From positions 3,968,001 through 4,032,000 of the forward strand of contig CM000153.2 of assembly GCA_000004695.1 (NCBI GenBank): a DNA stretch of 64,000 nt, read 5' to 3'. Positions 15,688 to 27,639 of this stretch are shown one piece after another. A program made the translations under genes and the position numbers. Origin of the DNA: Dictyostelium discoideum. Taxonomy: Eukaryota. Positions within the stretch are counted from its first letter, which is position 1. The number at the start of each line of letters is the position of its first letter. A model generated the notes under the pieces. The model was not told where the DNA came from, did not search any database, and worked only from the letters and a program-made list of their open reading frames with translations.

Positions 15688-16516
15688 ATGGCAACAGATA
15701 ATGAAACATTAAATGATGTTTTAGGATACATTACAGATGTTTTATTATGTCTTTCAATTGTTGGTTCATTCTTTACAATTTTCACATTTATGATATTTCT
15801 TTTTCTTTTTCTTTTTCTCTCTCCCCTAATTATAGTTACTAATAGGCAATTCATTATAAAATATTAATAATAATAATAATTATATAGGTTATTTACAATC
15901 AGATTTACCAGTTTTCCTTGGTTTCTTTGTACCAGGTTTATTAACAGTTTGTGCAAATGCAGTAATTTTCTTCTTTATTGCAAGAGAAATTCATGATACT
16001 TTAAAGAATGCCCCAAGAACAGACAAAAAAGAAAAATCAAAAGAATTTAGAGTTTACTTTTCAATCTTTGTTTCAATTGGTTTATCATGGATCTTTGGTT
16101 TTATTATGACTTTCTTTAGTAGTGCCAGTGTTTTAGGTTATATCTTTTTAATTTTATTCTCTGTTACAACACCATTACAAGTAATTATCATTTATAAAAA
16201 AAAAAAAAAAAAAAAGAAAACAAAAAAGAAAACAAAACAAAACTAAATTAACACACTTGAAATTATTTTTATTATTTATAGGGTTTCTTAATTTTTATTT
16301 CATATTGTATAAATGATAAAGTTTTAGCAACTTATGCAAGAGGTTTCAGATCAATTGGTATTCCAATTTTCAACAGATGGGTCAATATTGATGATAGCAC
16401 CAAAAGAGGTAATACTTCTACAACTGGTTCTAATACTTCAACTGATAAGAGTGACAGATCTGAAAATATTTCATCTGATTCATCAATCTCTATCAAAGCA
16501 CCAAGAAATAATTAAA
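15688..16516 (+). pseudogene. Truncated paralog of the downstream cAMP-receptor-like GPCR, with an internal deletion of the TM2-TM4 block. Probable pseudogene.
   Basis: The N-terminus MATDNETLNDVLGYITDVLLCLSIVGSFFTIFTFM aligns with MPSQLLNTVLSYLTDILLSLSIVGSFLTIFTFML of the gene at 17122. The frame then runs into a TAA after about 24 junk codons, with no GT donor available. Homology resumes at 15888 (YLQSDLPVFLGFFVPG...EFRVYFSIFVSIG...GYIFLILFSV) and continues through a GTAATT..TATAG intron to a stop at 16516. Confidence 0.6.
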
Positions 16517-16681
16517 TTTGATTAGTTTGTTTATTAGAAGAAGAAAAAAAAAAAAAAAAAAAAACAAAAAAAAAAAAAAAAAAACCAAAAAAAAAAAAAA
16601 AAAAAACAAAATATAATATAATATAATATAATATATACACAAAATTTAAATCGATTTTTTAAAAAATAAATAAAATGTACC

Positions 16682-16718
<37 letters not shown>

Positions 16719-17121
16719 TAAATAATTTTATAATTAAATTATTTAATTGTTTTTTATTTTTTTTTATTCATTTTTTTTATTTTTTTTATTTTTTTTGTGA
16801 AAATATATATAATAGTAATAATTAGATTAATAGCAAAGATATACTAACACAAACACACATTCAAAAAAGAAACACCTTTTTGATTTTTTTTATTTTTTTT
16901 TTTTTTATTTATTTATTTTTATTTAATTAATTTTTTTTTTCATTAAAACAATTATAGATTTATATTTATATCACCACATCATACATCAAAATAATAATAA
17001 TAATACACACCCTTTTATTATTTAAAAGTTAAAAAAATCACTCTAAAATTAGAATTATAGTTTTATAAAAATTATAATCAAATATAATATTAGGTGAATT
17101 AAAAAAAATAAATAAATAAAA

Positions 17122-17598
17122 ATGCCATCACAATTATTAAATACAGTTTTATCATATTTAACTGATATATTATTAAGTTTATCAATAGTTGGGTCATTTT
17201 TAACAATATTTACATTTATGCTTTACCCAAAATTAAGGTCATATCCAATAAAATTGATAATATATTTATGTATGTCAATTGTGTTTTCATTATTCTTTTT
17301 TGAGATATCATTCAGGTCATCAAATTCGTTATTTTGTATACCAGCAGCAATTTTGGTTCATTACTTTTTTTTAGCAAATTTCTTTTGGACATTTTCAGTT
17401 TCTTTCAATTTCTTTCAAATGATTGTTAAAAGGAATAGAGATTCTGAATTTTATGAAAGATATTATCATTTAATTTCATGGGGAATTCCATTTATAATTA
17501 TAATTTTTTGTGCAGCATTTAAAAAATATGTTGATAGAGGTGGATTGTAAGTTAAATAATTAAAATTGGAAAAAAAAATTAATATTAAAATAATATTA

Positions 17599-17635
<37 letters not shown>

Positions 17636-18208
17636 TTGTTATTTAGAAGATCAATACTCTGTTTATTTTGGATTTTTCATGTAAATATTAAATATTTTAT
17701 TATTATCTTTTTTTTTTTTCTAAAATTTGTTTTTATTTTTTTATTTTTAAAAAAAAGGCCAGGAGTAATTATTGTTTGTTCAAATATATGTATTTATGTA
17801 TTTGTTGCAAAAGAAATTTATAAAACTTTAAGACATACACCAACACAAAAACGTCAAACGGTTAAAGAATTTAGAGTTTATTTTTCAATTTTTGTATCAA
17901 TTGGAAGTTCATGGATTTTTGGATTTATTTATATGTTTTCAGATTCAAATTCAATTATTGGATATATATTTTTAATTTTATTTTCAATTTCAACATCATT
18001 ACAAGGATTTTTTATTTTTATTTCATATTGTTTAAATTATAAAGTTTTTGCTCATTATTCAAGATCTTTCACACAATATGGGGTTTCATTCTTTAAAAGA
18101 TGGGAAAATTTGGATGGTGAAACAACACAATCTGGTCCAACTGGTACAACTGATTCATCATCAACAATGACTTCAACAACAACAACAACAAATGTTTATT
18201 CTGCATAA
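17122..18208 (+). CDS. cAMP receptor-like (CAR/Crl family) 7TM GPCR. Three exons: 17122..17546, 17636..17680, 17758..18208.
   Basis: FWTFSVSFNFFQMIVKRNRDSEFYERYYHLISWGIPFIIII aligns with Dictyostelium cAR1 [41 protein letters not shown]. Introns are GTAAGT..TTTAG and GTAAAT..AAAAG. Confidence 0.75.
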
Positions 18209-18272
18209 ATTTTTTTAAAAAAAAAATAAATAATAAATAATTATAACCATTTTTTTTATTTTTATTTTTTAT

Positions 18273-19355
18273 TTATTTAAGTAATATACACCAATCAATA
18301 TTTGGATGAATTGTTTTTGAATCATTTGAAGTTGAAATAGACATATGACCAGAAAAGAATTCTGTATCATATTCTGTACCATTATCATCGATTAAGACTG
18401 GAACAGAGAGGAAACCTTTTGGAACTTCATTAGTATCAACAAATATCCATTCTGTTGTTAAATTTCCACAAATACCTCTATCGTATTTTTCTTTATTATT
18501 GCCTACCCATTTACCATTGTTATTGAATACACAAAATGCAGTGATCCAACCTGATAAATATCTTGGACCAGAACCACCACCTACTACATGAACAATACAA
18601 TTCCACCAGCATGTATCAGGGTTACCATTAACAGAATCAATTATATTATCAATGATTGGATGAAGTAATTCAGTCCAAGAGTTCATACAATTTCCATCTG
18701 GATTACCATCGAAATCAAATTCTTTTAATTTTTCAATTCTATTTTTAATATCGATCCAATCATTAATTGTACCTAAAACTGTAACCTCTGGTAAAGAACA
18801 TCTTAGTGACATTTTATATTCAAAGAAATTTTTAACTGATGCCATCAATGCAATTGAAGCTGCCATTGTATCATTTGGAGTTGATGTTGTGAATGGTTTA
18901 TTAGCCCATTCTCTAATTGATGGATCTTTAATATTCTTTTCAATTTGTTTTGTCATTAAATTTGTAAGTTGTTCATAGTTTGCTGTCATTAATGTACCAC
19001 CACCAACTACTTCTAATTGTTTCTTTCCTTCGAAATCAACTATCTTGTTTCTTAACTTTTCAGAGTTTTCATTCAAATATAATGAAAATTGTACTAAAAT
19101 TGCAATCCAAACATCATCAGGTTTAATTGTTAAACCATGATGATTATTATATGCTTGAAGGGATGATAAAATAAAAGAATTTCCTCCAACACTTTTTGAA
19201 ATTCCTTCTTTAATACTTGTTCTTACTATTTTTCTCTCTTTTGGTTGAGTTTTAATAAAACTCATTGATGGATCTAAATATAATTGTTTATGATCAAAAT
19301 CCTTTCCTTTAAATTCATTAAATTCTACATCTGAAACCTTAAATGTTATTGACAT
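18273..19355 (-). CDS. Hypothetical conserved protein, 360 aa, single exon
   Basis: A clean ORF with coding-like composition. No motif recognised with confidence; it may belong to a DUF-type family shared with fungi. Confidence 0.6.
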   Translation of the reverse strand: MSITFKVSDVEFNEFKGKDFDHKQLYLDPSMSFIKTQPKERKIVRTSIKEGISKSVGGNSFILSSLQAYNNHHGLTIKPDDVWIAILVQFSLYLNENSEKLRNKIVDFEGKKQLEVVGGGTLMTANYEQLTNLMTKQIEKNIKDPSIREWANKPFTTSTPNDTMAASIALMASVKNFFEYKMSLRCSLPEVTVLGTINDWIDIKNRIEKLKEFDFDGNPDGNCMNSWTELLHPIIDNIIDSVNGNPDTCWWNCIVHVVGGGSGPRYLSGWITAFCVFNNNGKWVGNNKEKYDRGICGNLTTEWIFVDTNEVPKGFLSVPVLIDDNGTEYDTEFFSGHMSISTSNDSKTIHPNIDWCILLK

Positions 19356-19535
19356 TTTCTTTTTTATATTTTTCTTTTTTTTTTTAAAAATAATAAAAGA
19401 AAAAAAAAAAAAAAAATATAAATATTAAAATTTTTAAAAAAAAAAAAAAATATCTTGTTCAATGAATCAAAACAGTACCAATTAAAAAATAAATATTAAA
19501 AACTTTTTTCAAATAAAAAAAAATATCTTTCTTTT

Positions 19536-19625
19536 TTTTTTTCTATTTTTGTACAAATTTCTTTTATTATCATTATTATTAAAAATTAATATCTAAACCT
19601 AATAAAGATTTTACAATTTCTAATT
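19536..19625. repeat. About 90-bp direct duplicate of the 3' terminus (last 14 codons, stop, proximal 3' UTR) of the Rnl1-like gene. The second copy is 19678-19762.
   Basis: The two copies align at about 90% identity. They differ by a 9-bp tcattatta insert and a few substitutions. Confidence 0.8.
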
Positions 19626-19714
19626 AATTAATTAAAACAGTATTAAAAAAAAAAAAAAAAAAAAAATAAAAAAAAACTTTTTTTTTTTCTATTTTTATAC
19701 AAATTTCTTTATTA

Positions 19715-21124
19715 TTAAAAATTAATATCTAAACCTAATAAAGATCTTGCAGTTTCTAATTTTGAATTTGAATTTGTTAAATTTTTAATTCTTGACATTA
19801 ATTGTTTTGAAACTAAAGATAAATGTTTTGATAAGGTATCATTTTCATTAATTATTTCCCAATATTGATAAGAGAAAGTTTTAGCAGAATCTGTTAAATT
19901 ATTTTGAACTGGATGATTATGAAATAATTTCTTTGGAATTTGATTTTTCTTTGCATCTATAATTGTTAGAATAATACCTTGAGAAACTAAATCGATACGA
20001 TCAAATAAAATTTTAGAGAATTTTTCAATCTTTTGAATTTTCTCAGAAGGTTCTTCATTCTCATTTGTAATCATTTTAATTGTTTCTTTAACATCATCAT
20101 AATGACCACTTAATAAAATTGCCCAAACATCTTTTTCATGTTTAATAACTTTTGGTGAACGAAGTGATAATCTTGCCAATGTTATATACCACTCTGTCTT
20201 GATTTTATACATTTTACCTGAATTTTCAAATTTCAATACACAGCCCTCAATTAACTTCATTTGTTTTACAAGTTCAACTAATTCAATTGTACTTTTACAT
20301 GATTTAAATAACGATTGATCAGATGTTGTATCGATTAAATCCACCATTGGTATATTGAATGCTGTACATGTTTCTTGCAACTCTTTCCATTTTAAATATT
20401 CACCAGTGTGATTATTTCTAAGTGCTAAACATCTTAATCTCTCCTCACCATAGTATAATATAATTTGTTGTTTTGATGAACTATATTCAAATAGTGGTGT
20501 ATACCCTAACTGAATCCATTTCATTGAGAAATCATTATATTTAACTAACCCAATAGCTTCAATTCTATTCACATAATCATTTAACATTGTACCTAAATCA
20601 CTTATACCTTGTTTTGATCCCCAATAAACTTGACCTTTATTTAACATTGGTGCAATTAACGATCCATCAATTTTATCCATTAAAATATATGGTTCATTTA
20701 AATCAATAAATTCCTATTTTGGAAATAAAATAAAAAATTAAAATTTATTTAAAAAATATTTAAAATTAATTAATTATTATTTACTACTTACAGCTTTAAC
20801 TTCTTTAAATTCATTTATATTAAAAAATTTATGTAATTTTCTACATAATAATTTTTCTGTTTTTAAATCAAATATTAAACCTCTACATTCTCTTCTACAA
20901 CGTAAAAGGAATTGTTTCTTTTGATCTGGTTCTGATAATGGATCTGGAAATGATTCATCTGATAATGAATCATAATTAAAAACTATTGTATCATCTCTAA
21001 TTGATTCTCTAAATCCTGATACTCCTTTTATACATTCTCTTACATCATCTATTGTTAACCCTAAAGGATAATAATTTTTATTTCTTTCTCTATAAATTTC
21101 TTCTTCTGTTTGTTTTAATTCCAT
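19715..21124 (-). CDS. T4 Rnl1-family RNA ligase-like protein. Two exons, 21124..20792 and 20713..19715, about 443 aa.
   Basis: Nucleotidyltransferase motif I is ILMDKIDGSLI (T4 Rnl1 ILTKEDGSLV). Motifs IV-V are LIEGCVLKFENSGKMYKIKTEWY (T4 Rnl1 [20 protein letters not shown]). The intron is GTAAGT..AAATAG, 78 nt. Confidence 0.75.
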
Positions 21125-21459
21125 TTTTGATTTATTTTATTTTTTTTTTTTTTTTCTAAACAAAAAAATTAATTTTAAGTTAAAACTGTTTCTTTTTTTT
21201 TTCATTTTTTTTCCAATTTTTTTTAATTTTTTTTTTAATTTTTTTTTGTAAAAATCTAAGAAACTAATCATAAAAAAAAAAAAAAAAAAATAAAATGTGG
21301 AAAAAAAAAAGATAAAAATAACTTTTTTTTTTAAAAAGTCTGAAAAAAAAACAGTAAATAATCACTGAGGTACCTTATAATTATAAAGCATCAGTATTTT
21401 TTTTTTTTTGTTTCATACTTTTTTTTTTTTTTTTTTTTTTATTTTATTACGTGCGAACC

Positions 21460-21490
<31 letters not shown>

Positions 21491-21628
21491 ATTATTCACT
21501 TTTTTTTTTTTTTTATTCACTTTTTTTTTTTTTTTCTCCTCTCCAATGAATACACATACAATTTTAATTCACTATCACCAATACAAGGTGTAGTGTAAAT
21601 TCAAATAAAATAAAAATAAAAAATAAAA

Positions 21629-23515
21629 ATGACAAAATTTAAAAAAAATATTGATGGAACACCATTACTTTCATCAACATTTATAAATGATCAAAAAGAT
21701 GATGAATATTATAGTATTTATGGTGGTGGTGATAACAGTGCAGGGAGTAGTAATAGTGTTGGTGAAATGAGTCCAACAATTACTTCATCATTAATTAATT
21801 CATCTGATAAGAATTCATCAGATTTATATAATCAACAATTAAATTATAATACTATAAATATAAATAAAAATAATAATTCAAATATCAATAATAATAATAA
21901 TAATAATTATAATTACGATAATGATGAACAAGATAATAAAAATTATTTAGAATCAAGTAGTGATAAAATTTTTTCACTATTTTATAATCAATCTATACTC
22001 TATCAAAATTATTATACAGATTGTAGGATTTTAGTGATAACAGGTGAAAAAGATGTTGTAAGAATTTCATTAGATGAATTGTTTATTATAATTGAAGAAA
22101 TTAGAAAATTCGATCCAACTTTATCTTCAACAATACAAATTAATCCACCAACTACAACAACCACAACAACAACAACTACTACTACAAATAATAATAAAAA
22201 TAATAAAAATAATAATAAAAAAGTAAATAATGAAAAGATTAATTTAATAATTCAAGAATATTTTAATAATGCAGAAAAAAGTTTTTGGATTGATATTTAT
22301 GGATTACAAGATGATGAATTAATTACATTATGTAAAGCATTAACTATTCATCATTTAAATGTTGAAGATATTTTATCAAATGATACAAATGAAAAATGTG
22401 AATCACATGATAATTATTTATTCATTGCAACTTCTGAAATGGGTAGACATTCAACTAATGCTTCAAAGAATAGAGGACTTTACAAACCAAATCATTATAC
22501 AAATAATAAACAACAACAATATTCCTCTTCTTCAACTTCTTCATATATAAATAATAGAAATAGAAATAATAATAATAATAATAATGAAAATAATATTTAT
22601 AAAGAATTAATTGAAAATTTCTTTTATATGTTTTTATTTAAAAGAATAATTTTCGTATTACATTCTGTAGAATTGGATAGTTTTAATGATGTTTTCAAAT
22701 CATTTAGACATTTAAAGAATGAAAAGAAATTTTTAACATCTCCAGAATGGGTACTTTGTAATTTCTTGGATTCAATAAATGATTTAATATCTTTGGAAAG
22801 TGATAGAATGATGACGGAAATTTCAAAATTGGATGAATTGTGTGATTTAAAAGAATCTGATAATGATGATGGTGATGATTATTATTATGATGATGATGAT
22901 TTTAATAATAATACAAAGAGAAGGAATAAAGGTTTTATCAATAAAATTTTAAATTTCTTTAATGACGGTGGAGGTGGTGGTAGTGATAATGGTGGTGGTG
23001 GTGGTGGTAAAAGTGATGATTATATAAATTCAACTGAATTATATATTAGAATTGGTAAAGCATCAAAAAGAAATACAAATATTTTATCAAACTTATTTAA
23101 TAAGGATGTTTTATTATCATCATTATCAAGACAATCATTCAGTTTAAGGGATACTAAAATATTTGTATTACATATTAATAATAAATCAAAACGTTTAAAA
23201 GAGAGAATTAAATTATGTGAAGAACTATTGGAGGGTATTCATGCCAATTATATAAATAAAGTATCCCTTGTATTAAATGAAGAATCTCATGCTCTAACTA
23301 TTAGTATGAAGAAATTTGCAAATTACAGTTTGGTTTCTTTTCCACTAATACTCATTGCTACAATATTTGGAATGAATTGTAGAGTACCTGGAATGATTGG
23401 ATTTTTGGAAGAAGGTGAATCTGGTGTAATCTATTTTTATATTATTATTTTATCAATGTTAATTATTGGTATTTTAACTTCTTATTTATATAAGAAAATT
23501 GGTTGGATTGAATGA
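21629..23515 (+). CDS. CorA/Alr1/Mrs2-type Mg2+ transporter, 628 aa
   Basis: The C-terminal segment is two TM helices with the GMN signature: LVSFPLILIATIFGMNCRVPGMIGF...IIILSMLIIGILTSYLY. Confidence 0.75.
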   Translation: MTKFKKNIDGTPLLSSTFINDQKDDEYYSIYGGGDNSAGSSNSVGEMSPTITSSLINSSDKNSSDLYNQQLNYNTININKNNNSNINNNNNNNYNYDNDEQDNKNYLESSSDKIFSLFYNQSILYQNYYTDCRILVITGEKDVVRISLDELFIIIEEIRKFDPTLSSTIQINPPTTTTTTTTTTTTNNNKNNKNNNKKVNNEKINLIIQEYFNNAEKSFWIDIYGLQDDELITLCKALTIHHLNVEDILSNDTNEKCESHDNYLFIATSEMGRHSTNASKNRGLYKPNHYTNNKQQQYSSSSTSSYINNRNRNNNNNNNENNIYKELIENFFYMFLFKRIIFVLHSVELDSFNDVFKSFRHLKNEKKFLTSPEWVLCNFLDSINDLISLESDRMMTEISKLDELCDLKESDNDDGDDYYYDDDDFNNNTKRRNKGFINKILNFFNDGGGGGSDNGGGGGGKSDDYINSTELYIRIGKASKRNTNILSNLFNKDVLLSSLSRQSFSLRDTKIFVLHINNKSKRLKERIKLCEELLEGIHANYINKVSLVLNEESHALTISMKKFANYSLVSFPLILIATIFGMNCRVPGMIGFLEEGESGVIYFYIIILSMLIIGILTSYLYKKIGWIE

Positions 23516-23548
23516 AATAGTTAAAAAAAATTAAAAAAATGTCATTAC

Positions 23549-23621
<73 letters not shown>

Positions 23622-24051
23622 TACAATTCATATTATATCAAATAATTAAATAATTAAATAAATAAATCCAATTAAACAAATATTATTATAATATTAAAAG
23701 TCAACATGTCCCCAAATAATTTAAAAAAAAGATAAATGGGTGGACAGAATTTAAAATAGTAATTACTTTTTTTTTTTACTTTTTCTAATTTTTTTTTTTT
23801 TTTTTACTTTTTCTAATTTTTAATAAAAAAAAGTAAATGAATTAACTGTGTAGTTAAATTTAATTTGGATAATTTTATTTATTTTTTTTTTAAATTTCAT
23901 TTTTTCAAATATTCAATTTTTACACTAAAAAAAATAAAAAATTTACCAACCAAATCAATTTTTTTTTTAAATTATTAAAATTATTGAAAATAAAAAAAAA
24001 AAAGTTCAAAAGACATAATGTTTTTTTAAATTTAAAAATAAATTTAAATCA

Positions 24052-24090
<39 letters not shown>

Positions 24091-24726
24091 AAAATAGAAA
24101 AATAAAATGAAAATATATTTTTTTTTCTTTTTATACTTGGAATCTCGGATTTGATTTTTTTCATCAATATTTTCAATCAACCACATAAAATTTCAAATAA
24201 AAGTTAACAATTTTTTTTTTTTTTTTTTCAGTCAATTACCCCTTTATTATTTAAAAAAATCTCAAAGTATGAAATTCTCAATTATTATTTTATTTTTCAG
24301 TAGTGCTATTATTATTTTTTTATTTTTTTTTTTTATAATTTTTTTTTTTAAATAATTTTTGATTACTAATATTTTTTTTTTTTTTTAATTTATCACTAAT
24401 AATTTTTTTTTTTTATTTTTTTTTTTTTAATTTTTGATATTTTAAAATTAAAAATTAGTCCAGTATCCATCACGAATTTTACAACAAAAAAAAAAATAAA
24501 AAAAAAATAAAAAAATAAAATAAAATTTTTTTTTTTTTTATCACAGATTGCTTTCCCACCTGTCATCATAAAGAATCATTATCGTTAATATTAATATTAA
24601 TCACTAACCCAGTTATTTTTTTTTTCATTATAATTTTTTTTTTTTTTGACACAAATATAACCTTTTTTTTTTTGTTTTTTTTTTTTTTTTGCAAACAACA
24701 ATAATAAAAAAAAAAAAAAATCCAAC

Positions 24727-25486
24727 ATGTCATCCGAAGACGAAGAAACATCAACTATTCTTCAAGAAGAAGAAATTGATAATAATAATAATAGTAATAA
24801 TAATAACAATAATAATAATAACAATAATACTAATAAAAACTATATCAATAATAATATTCCAATTCAATCTATTAAAGGTAGATCGGGTATACATAGAAGT
24901 TTGTCAACATTAAGCGATGATTCATATCACCATCATCACCAAAAACAATTAAATTCTAGCAACAACCAATTTTTTTTAAATAAAAATTTTGAAATTAATA
25001 ATAATATTAACAACCACGACGATAATATCAATAATATCAATAACAATATTATTAATAATAACAATAGTAATAATAATACTACAACGACAACAACTACAAC
25101 AACTACAACAACAACGACAAATTCAATAGAAAGAAATAGTGCAACAATAGCAAAAGAACAATTACAAAATCAATTATTAAGTTCTATTACACCAAAAACA
25201 TCAATTAGAAAGAAATCTACATCATCGGTTGCACCAGTTGCATTGACAAAGGATTATTTATCACAATTTAGTGAAGACGAAGCATCTGAATTTACAACTA
25301 AAGGTGCACCAATTAAACCATACAAATTAACAAGGAAAATGTCAAATCTTAGTAATAGTAGTGCTGCTTTAAGTATTGTTTCATTTAGTCAATTAGATGT
25401 TCACGATTCTGATTTATTATTGTCAAATTTTAATAAACTCTCTGTAGAACAACAAGAACAAATTCGTGCATCATCACCTAATAAGC

Positions 25487-25584
<98 letters not shown>

Positions 25585-26952
25585 GGTGCAGAACATTTAC
25601 AATTGCAACAACAAATTAAACAATTACAAGAGCAATTGCAATTACAACAACAATTATTACAAAAACAACAACTACAAATACAACAACAATTATTGCAAAA
25701 ACCAAATGATACTATTATACCACCACTACCAACAACAACAACAACAACAACAACAAATGAAAATAGTTATGGTGATGAAAAATTCATTATTAAAGAAAGA
25801 AGAACAACTTCAATTTTAAATAATATAAATAATTTCGATTCAACTGAAGTTTCATCTGCATCTGATTCTGATACTGATCAACCAATTAATACACCATCAC
25901 CACAACAACAACAATTACAACAAAAGCAACAACCATCTTCTTCTACTTTTCCACAAGATAATGAAAAACAACAAGATGCTAATGATAATAAATCAAAACC
26001 ATTAAATAATAATAGTAATAATAATAATAATAATAATATATTTATAAATGGTCATTATGTTGATAAAACTATACCAATTAATTTTAATGTTGGTGGTACA
26101 TTATTTGCAACATCATTACGTACGATTTCATTATATCCAAGATCATTACTTTTCAAGATTGTTGAATTACAAATTGAATTAATATTAAAGGATGAAGTGA
26201 TTTTCATTGATAGAAGTCCAGTTTATTTTGGGGTAATATTAGATTTCATTAGAAGTGGTACTTATAATGTTACTCCAAATATTAGTACTAAAGGTATCCT
26301 TCAAGAATCAGAATTCTTTCGTATGGATCAATTGTCCACATTGATAAGGGACGAACCTGAATTAACAAGAACCGAAGTTGTAAATATTATAAACTCTTGT
26401 TATGATTTCCCCAGATTTAGAGGAATGTGGTTATGTAAAATAAATTTCTCAGGTTTAGAACTCTCTTGTGCCCTATTCGAATATTCAAATCTTACAGGTT
26501 GTCTCTTTAATTCTTCATTCATAACTAAAGCAAATTATCAAGGTTGTAAATTAGATTGTAGTAGTTTTAAATATAGTAAAGCTGATAGTGCAAACTTTTC
26601 AAAATCTTTAATTACAAATTCAAACTTTTCAAATGTCATTGGTTCAGAGATCACTTGTATCGGTGGTAATTTCACAAATTCAAAACTTTCAAATAGTACT
26701 CTAAGCTGTAGTGATTTCACTAGTTCAACTTTTAAAGGTGCTCTCATTGATGGTGTTGATTTTACAAATTGTAATCTCACAGATTGTGATTTTCGTGGTT
26801 GTGTTTTTAGTTCAACTACAAATTTTAGTGGTTCAATTTTAAAAGGTTGTTTATTCGATGAAAATTCACTTTCAATAGCTACAAATAAAAAAAGTTGGAA
26901 AAAACCAAAAAGTGTTAGATTAAGAAATAAAATTTCAATTCCTCATGTTTAA
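24727..26952 (+). CDS. KCTD9-like protein with a BTB/T1 tetramerisation domain followed by pentapeptide repeats, 741 aa
   Basis: The T1/BTB domain is INFNVGGTLFATSLRTIS...VIFIDRSPVYFGVILDFIRSGTY. The C-terminus is a run of A(D/N)LxX-type pentapeptide repeats (CNLTDCDFRGCVFSSTTNFSGSILKGCLF). The N-terminal half is poly-Q/N/T low complexity. Confidence 0.7.
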
Positions 26953-27639
26953 AAATATATAAAAAAAAAAAAGTGGAAAAAGGTAAAAAGAAAAATTATT
27001 CTTTTAAGTATCATTTAAAAATTATACTTTAAAAGAAAGAAAAAAAAAAAAAAATATTTATTCATTGTATATTTAAAAATAAATAAAAAAAAACAAATAA
27101 TTTTATTTAATTTTAATATTTTTATAAATTTTTTTATTTTTTTCATTCTACAAATATGTGTGTGTATGCTATTTGCATTCAATTATTTTTTTTCCAAAAA
27201 TATGAAAATAAAAAAATAAAAAAATAAAAAAATAATTCTTTTATGACTTCAAATGGTGATAATGGAAGAGATTATGAAAGAGAAGCGAATTTATATTAAA
27301 AATCAAATAAATTTAATGATTATTATTCTCAAGGTGGTGGCAGTGATATTGAATTACCAAAACCATCAGAGTTAAGTGAATTGGAGATTGTATCAGGTTT
27401 ATCAAAACAATGGTGGTTATATCGTTCAATTGATAATAATCATTTAATGATAAATCATAATGAAAAAGTACCACAATCATCAATCAATGGAAATAAAGAA
27501 AAACAAAAACAAATTGCAATTGGATAATTAAAAAAAGGTAATAATCAAAATAATGAAAAAATTAATACATAAAAAATAAAAATGAAAATGAAAGAAAGAA
27601 TTTAATTTTTTTTTTTTTATTTATTTATTTATTTTTATT

